Assembly (NCBI GenBank): GCA_964597145.1
Contig: CAZQWH010000002.1
Location: 113,232-177,231 of the forward strand
Source of the DNA: an uncultured Candidatus Saccharibacteria bacterium
GTDB taxonomy: Bacteria; Patescibacteriota; CAZHWT01
Reading direction: 5' to 3'
DNA: 64,000 bases
The notes below the pieces were generated by a model. That model saw only the letters and a list, made by a program, of their open reading frames with translations, made no database searches and had not been told where the DNA came from. Position numbers and translations under genes: made by a program. Below are positions 9,249 through 17,584 of the stretch, one piece after another. How positions within the stretch are numbered: the stretch's first letter is position 1; every line of letters begins with the position of its first letter.

Positions 9249-10347
9249 TGCCTCATCTAATCACTCTCTAAAAATTGTAATCTTCGTTGGTGGTTCCGGG
9301 ACACGAATGTGGCCAATGAGCCGCCTTAATTCACCTAAACAGTTTGCCAAGTTAATTGGAGACAAGACCACCTTTCAACGCATGATTGGTTATTGGCTAT
9401 CCGCCTACTCTCCAGATGATATCTTTATTTCCACCTCACAGAAATACGTTACTACTATACTAGAGCAAGCACCAGTGCTTAAGCCTGATCATATAATTGC
9501 TGAGCCAGAATTGCGAGATACAACAGCTGCAATTGGGTTTGCAGCCATTCATATTGCACAACGATTTCCCAATAGCACTATGGCCACTGTTTGGGGAGAT
9601 CACTTAATTGCAAATCCGAAAGCATTTACAGATGCCTTTACCTTAGCTCATAAAATAGCTGAAGAACAAAACGTTACTGTTCAAATTAACGTAAAACCAA
9701 CTTTTGCTAGCCCAGACTTGGGTTATGTGCAGACTGGTGTACCAATCTTTACTAAATATGGTGATAACATTTACAGCTTCATTCGACAGGTTGAAAAACC
9801 TGATATTGCCTCCGCCAAGAAGTTCATCTCCTCCGTTCATTATTTATGGCACATTGGTTATCGAGTTTGGAGCGTGAATTCACTCTTAGCTTTATATAAA
9901 AAATATATTCCTAATGACTATCAAACGCTCATGACAATTAAAGCAGCTATTGGCACAGACCAAGAAACAGCTGTAGCTAATGAGCAATATCGCAAAATTG
10001 CCAAGCGGTCAATTGATTATGCAATTTATGAGCACCTTGAGCCAAGCGACCAAGCGGTAATTGCTGCCGATCTTGGTTGGGTAGATATTGGTACTTGGGA
10101 GGTACTCAAGGACGAGCTTAGCGATAACCCCGTTGATAATGTAACCAAGGAGCAGACTATCCTATATGACACCTCCGACTCATTAGTCTATGGGCAGCCA
10201 GGCAAAGTTACGGCAATTATTGGTTTAGAAGGCATGATTGTTGTCGATACACCAGACGCCTTACTAGTCATGCCTAAGGACAGATCTAAAGATGTAAAAA
10301 AGGTGGTCGAGCAGCTCAAACAGGATGGCTTAGATCGCTATCTATGA
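9235..10347 (+). CDS. manC: Mannose-1-phosphate guanylyltransferase
   Basis: GGSGTRMWPMSR..PKQF, EPELRDT, SIDYAI, WVDIGTW. Confidence 0.88.
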   Translation: MSENNASSNHSLKIVIFVGGSGTRMWPMSRLNSPKQFAKLIGDKTTFQRMIGYWLSAYSPDDIFISTSQKYVTTILEQAPVLKPDHIIAEPELRDTTAAIGFAAIHIAQRFPNSTMATVWGDHLIANPKAFTDAFTLAHKIAEEQNVTVQINVKPTFASPDLGYVQTGVPIFTKYGDNIYSFIRQVEKPDIASAKKFISSVHYLWHIGYRVWSVNSLLALYKKYIPNDYQTLMTIKAAIGTDQETAVANEQYRKIAKRSIDYAIYEHLEPSDQAVIAADLGWVDIGTWEVLKDELSDNPVDNVTKEQTILYDTSDSLVYGQPGKVTAIIGLEGMIVVDTPDALLVMPKDRSKDVKKVVEQLKQDGLDRYL

Positions 10348-10363
10348 TAGCTAAATAATTTTT

Positions 10364-11518
10364 ATGGCTTCTAAATACCTTCACCGACGAATTAAACATG
10401 GTCTGCGCTGGAAAGCCGCCCAAGCCTGGATGTTGTTGCACCGACGAGTCGAGGTAATCGCAATTGGGGGAAGTGTAGGTAAAACCACAACCAAAGATAT
10501 GGCCGCCGCCATTCTATCGCAACAGTTTGCCACGGTTAAGTCGAAGGCCAACTTTGACCCAATCTTTAACCTACCCCAAACCGTTCTAACTATCCGTAAA
10601 CACCAAAAATTTGTGGCTGAAATGGGCATAGACGCCCCTAGCCAAATGCAGAAATATCTTACCTTGGTTAAACCTACCATAGCCGTTATGACCGAATTAT
10701 CCTTGGAACACACCGATGCCGAGCACTTACAGTCCCTCGATATAGCCATAGAAGAGGAGTGGAAACTGCTCACCGCCCTACCAGCCAACGGGTGGGCGAT
10801 TGTTAATGGCGACAACCAACTAATTCGCCAGCGCCTAGCAACCTTGAGCTGCTCGGTCTTAACCTATGGATTCGAAATCACCAACGATATTCAAATTAAG
10901 CAGGTTAAGCAAACCATGAAACAAGGTAAGGCCTGGCTATCAGTCAAGTTGGCGGGCAAGATTAGCGGTGAGTTCTCCGCACCTATTCTTGGTCGACACA
11001 ACGCGCTGTGCATGGCTGCAGCTATAGCGGTTGGCCAACAGTGCGGAGTCGGTATCAACAAGATTCAAGCCGGACTTCAGGAGTTTACCCCTCCACCACA
11101 CCGATTAGAGATAAAGCCAACCACTTGGGGAATTGTGATCGATGACACCTACAATTCCAGCCCCAAAGCCGCTATGGCGGCAATTGACACACTGGCTGAA
11201 GTGGGAACGAGGCAATCAGTCTTAGTCTTGGGCGACATGTTAGAACTCGGTGAATATGCCAAACAGGCTCATATCGAAGTCGGCCAGTATGCCGCAGTCC
11301 GCGGACTAGAAAATATCTTAGTTATTGGCGACTATGCAATAGACGTTAAATCTGGATATGAACAAGGTAATGGCCCCGGACAGGCTACCGTGGTTAATAA
11401 TCGCTCACAAATTGTCACCGAGATTAACGAACGCCGACCTAATATTATTTTATTAAAAGCCTCACGTGGGGTGCAACTCACCACCGTTGTCGACCAATTA
11501 ACGCGTAACGCCAAATAA
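10364..11518 (+). CDS. murF: UDP-MurNAc-tripeptide--D-Ala-D-Ala ligase
   Basis: GSVGKTTTKDM, EMG, DDTYNSSP, LGDMLELG, KASRG. Confidence 0.88.
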   Translation: MASKYLHRRIKHGLRWKAAQAWMLLHRRVEVIAIGGSVGKTTTKDMAAAILSQQFATVKSKANFDPIFNLPQTVLTIRKHQKFVAEMGIDAPSQMQKYLTLVKPTIAVMTELSLEHTDAEHLQSLDIAIEEEWKLLTALPANGWAIVNGDNQLIRQRLATLSCSVLTYGFEITNDIQIKQVKQTMKQGKAWLSVKLAGKISGEFSAPILGRHNALCMAAAIAVGQQCGVGINKIQAGLQEFTPPPHRLEIKPTTWGIVIDDTYNSSPKAAMAAIDTLAEVGTRQSVLVLGDMLELGEYAKQAHIEVGQYAAVRGLENILVIGDYAIDVKSGYEQGNGPGQATVVNNRSQIVTEINERRPNIILLKASRGVQLTTVVDQLTRNAK

Positions 11519-11565
11519 CCCACCAACTATCCCAATTTCCAATAGTCCCGAGTTATTAACCCCAA

Positions 11566-11625
11566 AAACGTATATACGGACGTATATACGTTTGTCGTTT
11601 TAACTCAGATAAATAAACGAAGGGT
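11566..11625. repeat. CGTATATACG palindrome-doublet element, copy 2
   Basis: Collinear with 1229-1288. Confidence 0.85.
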
Positions 11626-11664
11626 CCAACTCAGGTTGCATCTAAAATAGCGTCCACTGACACT

Positions 11665-11709
11665 ATCAGGCAACCTAGGTTCAAGCACGTTTAACCCCGG
11701 GGGTTAAAC
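11665..11709. repeat. Family A repeat, partial copy
   Basis: ATCAGGCAACCTAGGTTCAAGCACGTTTAACCCCGGGGGTTAAAC. Confidence 0.8.
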
Positions 11710-11767
11710 AGTTGTAAGTAATGAGACTTGCCTGGAATTTGGTTATTCGCGCCCTAATTGAGCAAAC

Positions 11768-14413
11768 CTAGCTAAGGTTGTAGCGCCAATTGGCGGTTGG
11801 CCACAGCCAACCAACAGTGGGGAGAAGGTGGTTGCGTTGGGCCTGTTCGTCTCCAACTACAATCGAAATGCTATCCGACCCTTCATTACCGTTACTATCA
11901 ACCGCTTTTACCTTAATTGTATGCTTACCAGTATCGTTACTATTTAAATTAAACGTATAGGTATAGGGTATGGACGTTACGTTTTTAACCGGTATGTTAT
12001 CAAAATAGAAAGTAACTTGAATAATCGTACCCGCCGAAGCTACATCGGTTTTAACCGTTAATTTATTGCTGTCCACTTGAGTGTTGTTTTTAGGGCTCGT
12101 AATGGTAACAAATGGCTTATCACCAGCCGTATGATATAGCTCCGAAGTTTTTGTTGGACAATTATATGGCGCCCCCTGGGATTCCATCCAGGCATTAGTG
12201 TACGACTGCCACGCGCCCACTTGTTCCTTAAGTTGAATACAAGTCCGATCTTCGGCATTGCCTGTTGCAATAGTAGCTGCGTTTGCCAATAGCCCATTTA
12301 CCTTATCCACCTTTACCTGTTTAGAGAAGGTATCTATCTGAGTAGGTTCGGTGCCTTTAACAAATAACTCACTCCGAACTTTAGACCCAGGTCCCGGCAG
12401 CATACCCGAAACAGAGTCAATATTCACCGCAATCACGTTATCTGGACGCTCAAAATGCTCCACCGGTGTCCCTTTTAAGGCGCGCTGCATGTAATAATGC
12501 CAAATGGGCGTCGCGCCCGTTGAACCTTGGATGCCGTTCATTTCTTCGTGATTCATATTACCTACCCACACCACCGTACTCAGCGAAGGGGTATAGCCTG
12601 CCGTCCAAGCATCCCAGTTCATATCCGTTGTACCAGTCTTTACCGCTGCCGGACGGCCAATTTCAAGAAGATTGTGCGGGCCAAATAATCGGGCTCGGGC
12701 ATCGTTATCAGATAAAACATCAGAGACTAGGTATACATACTCCGCGTCAACTACCCGCTTGCCGTCTGAGGCCGCATATTGGCTAAGCACATTTCCCGCC
12801 GAATCTTCCACCTTGAGAATTGGCGTCAAGTCTTGTCGCACCCCCTGGTTAGCTAAAGTCGCATAAGCTTGGGCCATATCGTAGGGCTTCGCATCGGCCG
12901 CGCCTAGACCAATAGACACGCCGTAACTGTCACGATCGGTAAAGGTAGTTATACCCAAGGATTCTGCCATCTCAATAAAACCATCTACCCCCACTAATTG
13001 GGTCATTTTAACCGCCGGAATATTACGTGAATTAGACAAAGCCACCCGAGGCAAAAGTGGCCCCCAGTACTTACCGTCGGAGTTACCCGGGCAATAGTTT
13101 GGTTCGCCGCCAAAACAAGTTGGAACATCACCTAGATAGGTCCCCAGTGTATAGCCTTTAGTCAAAGCTTCTAGATACGTAAAAGGCTTCACCGATGAGC
13201 CAGGCTGGCGCTTCCGCTGAATAACATCCACATTGCCATCGTGTTCTGTGTCGTTAAAATCCTCAGAGCCAACATAGGCTAATATTTGTCCGGTTTTAGG
13301 ATCAACCGAAATCAGTCCTGCATTAGTTGCATTGGCATGAGCTTTGGCTAAGCGGTCAATTTGATTGTGAATTTCTTCTTCGGCAATTACTTGTTTGTCT
13401 AAATCAAGCGTGGTAGTGACTTTCAAGCCGCCTTGCTCAACCAGTTTGGTACCGAATTGTTCTTCGAGTAACTGCTTGACATAAAAGACAAAGTGAGGCG
13501 CCTTAATCCCCGACGAATCAATACCAGAAGCAAAAGCTAGTTTCTGATCCTTAGCCTCTTTTGCTTCTTCCTGGCTAATTTTACCGGCATCTGCCATTTG
13601 GTCTAAAACATAGTGCTGTCGGGCGTAAGCCGCATCGGGGTTGACCAAGGGGTTATAACGAGTGGGGGATTGAACCATACCAGCTAACAAAGCTGCCTCG
13701 GGCAACGTCAGCTCTTTAGCTGGCTTATTAAAATAGCGGTGAGCAGCAGCTTCGATACCATAAGCCGTTCCACCGTAAGGGATTTCATTAAGATAAATTT
13801 GTAAAATCTGGTCTTTAGAATAACGACGCTCAATTTGAATCGCTAAAACTAACTCTTTCAACTTACGAACCGGAGTCTGGCTGGTATCTTCTAGAATAGC
13901 ATTCTTAACCAACTGCTGAGTAATAGTAGAGCCCCCACCTTCAATAGATTGGCTCATAATATTTTTAAATAAAGCTACTGCAATCCCTTTTAAACTAAAC
14001 CCTTGGTGCTTATAAAAATCTTTATCTTCTGCAGCAATAGTCGCGTCTTTAACTACCTGAGGAATCTGATCAAACGTAAGCAGGGTCCGATTGTGCTCAC
14101 CATCGTAAATATCATAGAGCAGTTTGCCGTTACGATCGTAGATCTTAGTCGACTGGGCAACCTCACGGTTAGTTAGTTCGGTCGGGGAAGGTAAATCACG
14201 AGAAAAATAAGCCAACGTCACCACTACGCCGATGGTGCCAGCAATGGCCATAATTAACACCGCCGTACCAATAATGGTTAACCATTTAGCCCGAACCGAT
14301 CGCTGACGGAGTCGGTTACGGGTAGTTCTGCGGCGCAAGGCTGATACACTGGGGTAAGATTTAGCTCGTCGAGATGAGCGTTTGGGCATAAAAGGAAGAT
14401 GTGAAAAATCCAT
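11768..14413 (-). CDS. Class A penicillin-binding protein with C-terminal Ig-like domain
   Basis: AAEDKDFYKH, GGSTITQQLVKN, RQPGSSVKP (SxxK), SRN, KTGT; start may be 14389. Confidence 0.93.
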   Translation of the reverse strand: MDFSHLPFMPKRSSRRAKSYPSVSALRRRTTRNRLRQRSVRAKWLTIIGTAVLIMAIAGTIGVVVTLAYFSRDLPSPTELTNREVAQSTKIYDRNGKLLYDIYDGEHNRTLLTFDQIPQVVKDATIAAEDKDFYKHQGFSLKGIAVALFKNIMSQSIEGGGSTITQQLVKNAILEDTSQTPVRKLKELVLAIQIERRYSKDQILQIYLNEIPYGGTAYGIEAAAHRYFNKPAKELTLPEAALLAGMVQSPTRYNPLVNPDAAYARQHYVLDQMADAGKISQEEAKEAKDQKLAFASGIDSSGIKAPHFVFYVKQLLEEQFGTKLVEQGGLKVTTTLDLDKQVIAEEEIHNQIDRLAKAHANATNAGLISVDPKTGQILAYVGSEDFNDTEHDGNVDVIQRKRQPGSSVKPFTYLEALTKGYTLGTYLGDVPTCFGGEPNYCPGNSDGKYWGPLLPRVALSNSRNIPAVKMTQLVGVDGFIEMAESLGITTFTDRDSYGVSIGLGAADAKPYDMAQAYATLANQGVRQDLTPILKVEDSAGNVLSQYAASDGKRVVDAEYVYLVSDVLSDNDARARLFGPHNLLEIGRPAAVKTGTTDMNWDAWTAGYTPSLSTVVWVGNMNHEEMNGIQGSTGATPIWHYYMQRALKGTPVEHFERPDNVIAVNIDSVSGMLPGPGSKVRSELFVKGTEPTQIDTFSKQVKVDKVNGLLANAATIATGNAEDRTCIQLKEQVGAWQSYTNAWMESQGAPYNCPTKTSELYHTAGDKPFVTITSPKNNTQVDSNKLTVKTDVASAGTIIQVTFYFDNIPVKNVTSIPYTYTFNLNSNDTGKHTIKVKAVDSNGNEGSDSISIVVGDEQAQRNHLLPTVGWLWPTANWRYNLS

Positions 14414-14528
14414 GTATAATACGCCAAAATTAGCAATCTACATTATAACATACTAAACTCCAGACTTTTTACTGGCCATGGGCCTACAAGCCTCAGCTAC
14501 ATACAGTGTTAAAACAAAGCCCATAGTG

Positions 14529-14557
14529 TTGACAAGTAATCTCTTTTACGGTACTAT
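14529..14557 (+). promoter_or_regulatory. Sigma70-type promoter
   Basis: TTGACA-17 nt-TACTAT. Confidence 0.65.
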
Positions 14558-14598
14558 TCAACAACTTGTTGAGGCAGCATCACCAGGAGAGTCATAAC

Positions 14599-15006
14599 AT
14601 GGAGAGCTGGCGTCGCCCGCAGAGTTTTAGCTTATATGGTGTTGAACGAGATAGATCTCAACCAATCCATAACCTCGATCCACACTACACCATCGAGCGC
14701 TTTAAGCACCCACAAACGGTCTTTCTGTCTCCGTCGGCTACACTCGACCCTAAATCTGGGCAGGTCAAAAGGGCTGGGTACGACTACAACGATCGTATTG
14801 CGGGTTGGTTTAGTGGCGAGGATCAAACTCAAGCTCGGCAACAAGCTGACCTAGTCAACCCAGATTGGAAGACAGCCGAGCATATTGAGGCCTACTTGCG
14901 CCATCTTTACAAGGACCCAGAGCTTGAACTGGTACACATTCTGAGCGGTTTTAACCGAGCTACCGGTTATCCATACCGAATCTACGGCTACCTCCGCTCT
15001 ACGTAA
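14599..15006 (+). CDS. Hypothetical protein
   Basis: AGGAGA SD before ATG 14599; own promoter; GC-rich hairpin at about 15020-15051. Confidence 0.7.
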   Translation: MESWRRPQSFSLYGVERDRSQPIHNLDPHYTIERFKHPQTVFLSPSATLDPKSGQVKRAGYDYNDRIAGWFSGEDQTQARQQADLVNPDWKTAEHIEAYLRHLYKDPELELVHILSGFNRATGYPYRIYGYLRST

Positions 15007-15108
15007 CAAGCAATCACACGACCCGTGTTGGCCCAACGGCTAACATGGGTCGCAACTTTCCTCTGTTGGCTATATCTGTTAAAATCCCATCAGATTATTT
15101 CTACTGCT

Positions 15109-16311
15109 ATGGATAACCAGACTTTACTCCACCGCGGCGTCGATACCATATTACCGACCACCGATCAACTAACTCAGGCCCTTCAGACAGCCCAAGCCGA
15201 AGGTCGTAAGCTGCGAGTTTATTTAGGGATCGATCCCACGAGCCCGCATTTGCATATCGGCCATACCATACCTATGCGTAAGCTGGCTCACTTTCAACAG
15301 GCTGGCCACCAAGCCATTTTATTAATTGGGGACTTTACCGCCCGCCTAGGCGACCCCGATAAACTAGCCATTCGAGAGCTTTTAACCAAAGAGAAAGTCC
15401 AGCAAAACATGGCTACCTACCTCGACCAGGCTAAGCATATCTTAAATCTAGATGGCCCAAACCCCGTTGAAATCCGCTACAATTCGGAGTGGAGCGACCC
15501 GTTAATTTATGAAGAAATTATTAAACTGGCTTCACACTTTACCCTGCAACAAATGCTGGAGCGAGATATGTTCCAGCGCCGAATACAGGAGCAACGACCA
15601 ATCTCTTTATCAGAGTTCTTTTACCCATTAATGCAAGGGTATGATGCGGTTGCCCTCAAAGCAGACATCCAAATTGGTGGGACTGACCAAACTTTCAATA
15701 TGTTGGCAGGGAGAACCTTGAATAAAGCCTTAAGCAATAAAGAAATGTTTGTTGTAACCACCCCACTCTTAGCCGACAAATCTGGAGCCAAGATCGGCAA
15801 AACCCAGGGCAATGCGATTAATATCGACAATCCGGCAGCAGAATTATACGGCCAAATTATGAGCCTGCCCGATGAGATCATTATCCCTGGCTTAACCTTA
15901 TTAACCGATGTCTCCGACGAAGTTATTTCTGGAGTAGAGCAGCAACTCGAAGCTGGACAAAATCCCATGCCTCTCAAAAAACAATTAGCCCAAGCCGTAG
16001 TCGCCCAATACCATAGCCAAGAAGTCGCAGCCGAGGCCGCCGCTCACTTCCAACAAACCGTCCAGGGTGGGGAAGTGCCGTCCCAAGTAGGAGAATACCG
16101 GGTAAGGCAGGCTACATGGAATATTCTCGATTTAATAGTTGAGGCAGGTATGGCCGAGAGCAAGTCTAAGGCCCGGCAATTATTTAATCAGGGCGCAGTA
16201 GAGTGGAATAATAAACGCGTAATTGACCAAGAGGTTACCATTAAAGGGAAGGCTTTGCTTAAGGTAGGCAAACGCCACTATAACTATATTATCCATCAGC
16301 CGAAAGGGTAA
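15109..16311 (+). CDS. tyrS: Tyrosine--tRNA ligase
   Basis: GIDPTSPHLHIGH, YPLMQGYD, GGTDQTFN, KIGKT (KMSKS-like), S4-like C-terminus. Confidence 0.97.
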   Translation: MDNQTLLHRGVDTILPTTDQLTQALQTAQAEGRKLRVYLGIDPTSPHLHIGHTIPMRKLAHFQQAGHQAILLIGDFTARLGDPDKLAIRELLTKEKVQQNMATYLDQAKHILNLDGPNPVEIRYNSEWSDPLIYEEIIKLASHFTLQQMLERDMFQRRIQEQRPISLSEFFYPLMQGYDAVALKADIQIGGTDQTFNMLAGRTLNKALSNKEMFVVTTPLLADKSGAKIGKTQGNAINIDNPAAELYGQIMSLPDEIIIPGLTLLTDVSDEVISGVEQQLEAGQNPMPLKKQLAQAVVAQYHSQEVAAEAAAHFQQTVQGGEVPSQVGEYRVRQATWNILDLIVEAGMAESKSKARQLFNQGAVEWNNKRVIDQEVTIKGKALLKVGKRHYNYIIHQPKG

Positions 16312-16315
16312 AGGT

Positions 16316-16426
16316 ATGGCTAGCAAAAAACATCGAACCGCTGGAATTATTATTGCTATTCTAATGATTGGCAGCATTTTACTATTTGCATTGCTTCCTC
16401 TCATTACTGCCACGACGTATTATTAA
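16316..16426 (+). CDS. 36-aa single-TM small protein (not in ORF track)
   Basis: MASKKHRTAGIIIAILMIGSILLFALLPLITATTYY, 4 nt after the tyrS stop. Confidence 0.6.
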   Translation: MASKKHRTAGIIIAILMIGSILLFALLPLITATTYY

Positions 16427-16583
16427 TATGTATCTCGATTGGTATTTTTTACCAATCTAACCGCTTTGAGCCGCAAGCTACCATCAAGTTTTTACAACAT
16501 AGTATTGACAAACAACTAATAAACGTATAAACTATAGGCTTAGTTTGATTGGCACCTCACCAAAAAACCAGAAAGGCAAGAAC

Positions 16584-16820
16584 ATGTCGCAGAGAAAGCG
16601 GCTTACGATCGTAACAGCTCTTTGCAGTATCAGCTATCTGGCACTACTCATTATCGGCCAGATCGAGGTCTTGCACCCATTGAGGTGGGTACTACTGCCC
16701 ATCTTTTATGTCTCGGGAGCTATCCTCCTAAGCAACCTGATGGAAGGTGTGCTGTTTTTGGTCGGCGTATGTCTGTCCGGCCAGCCAATCAGGTTTGACG
16801 ACCAGAATCACCATCGTTAA
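16584..16820 (+). CDS. Small membrane protein
   Basis: TTGACA-17-TAAACT promoter from 16505, GAAAGG SD, two TM segments, terminator about 16840-16869. Confidence 0.65.
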   Translation: MSQRKRLTIVTALCSISYLALLIIGQIEVLHPLRWVLLPIFYVSGAILLSNLMEGVLFLVGVCLSGQPIRFDDQNHHR

Positions 16821-16890
16821 GGGGTTCTCGTCAATCGCAGGGCTTCTGTATGTCACAGAGGCCCTTTTTACTTCTTTATCAATTTTTTGA

Positions 16891-16918
16891 TTGACATTTC
16901 TCCAACAAACCGTATAAT
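16891..16918 (+). promoter_or_regulatory. Near-consensus sigma70 promoter
   Basis: TTGACA-16 nt-TATAAT. Confidence 0.75.
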
Positions 16919-16926
16919 TACAGATT

Positions 16927-17004
16927 ATGTTACACAATGTAAGTACTACGTTTAGTTTTTATTATTGGTTTAACCGGATTCAGTTCGCGGAGGCAAGAGT
17001 GTAA
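16927..17004 (+). CDS. Putative attenuator leader peptide, 25 aa
   Basis: MLHNVSTTFSFYYWFNRIQFAEARV*; starts 8 nt after the -10 box; lies upstream of a terminator. Confidence 0.7.
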   Translation: MLHNVSTTFSFYYWFNRIQFAEARV

Positions 17005-17038
17005 CCTAAATATTGTAATTTACGATTGTTTGACTTTT

Positions 17039-17073
17039 AAAACTCTTCCCTCGGGAAGAGTTTTTTGTTTTTT
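17039..17073 (+). terminator. Intrinsic terminator/attenuator
   Basis: AAAACTCTTCCC-TC-GGGAAGAGTTTT followed by a T-run. Confidence 0.85.
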
Positions 17074-17161
17074 CTGGTTAGGCTGTTGGGGCAAAGAGAC
17101 TCCCAACTTCTGCCCAGAAGAACTGGGCAGAGCACCTTGATAACGTAAGGAGAGTGCAACT

Positions 17162-17473
17162 ATGATTTACCGGTTTACCTTTGCCGACGCCGTGCGACAG
17201 CCCCGACAACTCGAGCCTCAAGGCTTGGCTTTTGATGGAGAGGGGATGGAAGTGCGTAAATATCGAGATGACAACACCGTGCTGTACCAATCGTTTTGCA
17301 TCTGTGGCGCTCACCAATTGGAGCCAGGCTCTCGTTCGGCAGCCAACCGTTGGTGCAAATTACATCGGCAGGTTTGCCAACCGCCACCCACTCAAAAGCA
17401 AACCCAACCAATCAAAGGACGATCCATGAGTACTCTGCTTGAAGCACCCATGGAGAGAACAGGAGAACAATGA
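17162..17473 (+). CDS. Hypothetical Cys/His protein (possible Zn-binding)
   Basis: AAGGAG SD; CICG...WCKLH...C; hairpin at about 17518-17541. Confidence 0.7.
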   Translation: MIYRFTFADAVRQPRQLEPQGLAFDGEGMEVRKYRDDNTVLYQSFCICGAHQLEPGSRSAANRWCKLHRQVCQPPPTQKQTQPIKGRSMSTLLEAPMERTGEQ

Positions 17474-17584
17474 CGTATAGGCAAGTTCGGCTTAAGTGAG
17501 AGATAGGTCGACACCATCCCCGGGAGGTATGCTTTCCCGGGGATTCTATTTGACCATAGGCTGTCTTTACCTTATAACTACATC

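Noticed and set aside
17075-17136. tRNA gene after the attenuator
   Set aside because: Only two hairpins; no T-loop (GTTCRA), D-loop or proper acceptor stem.
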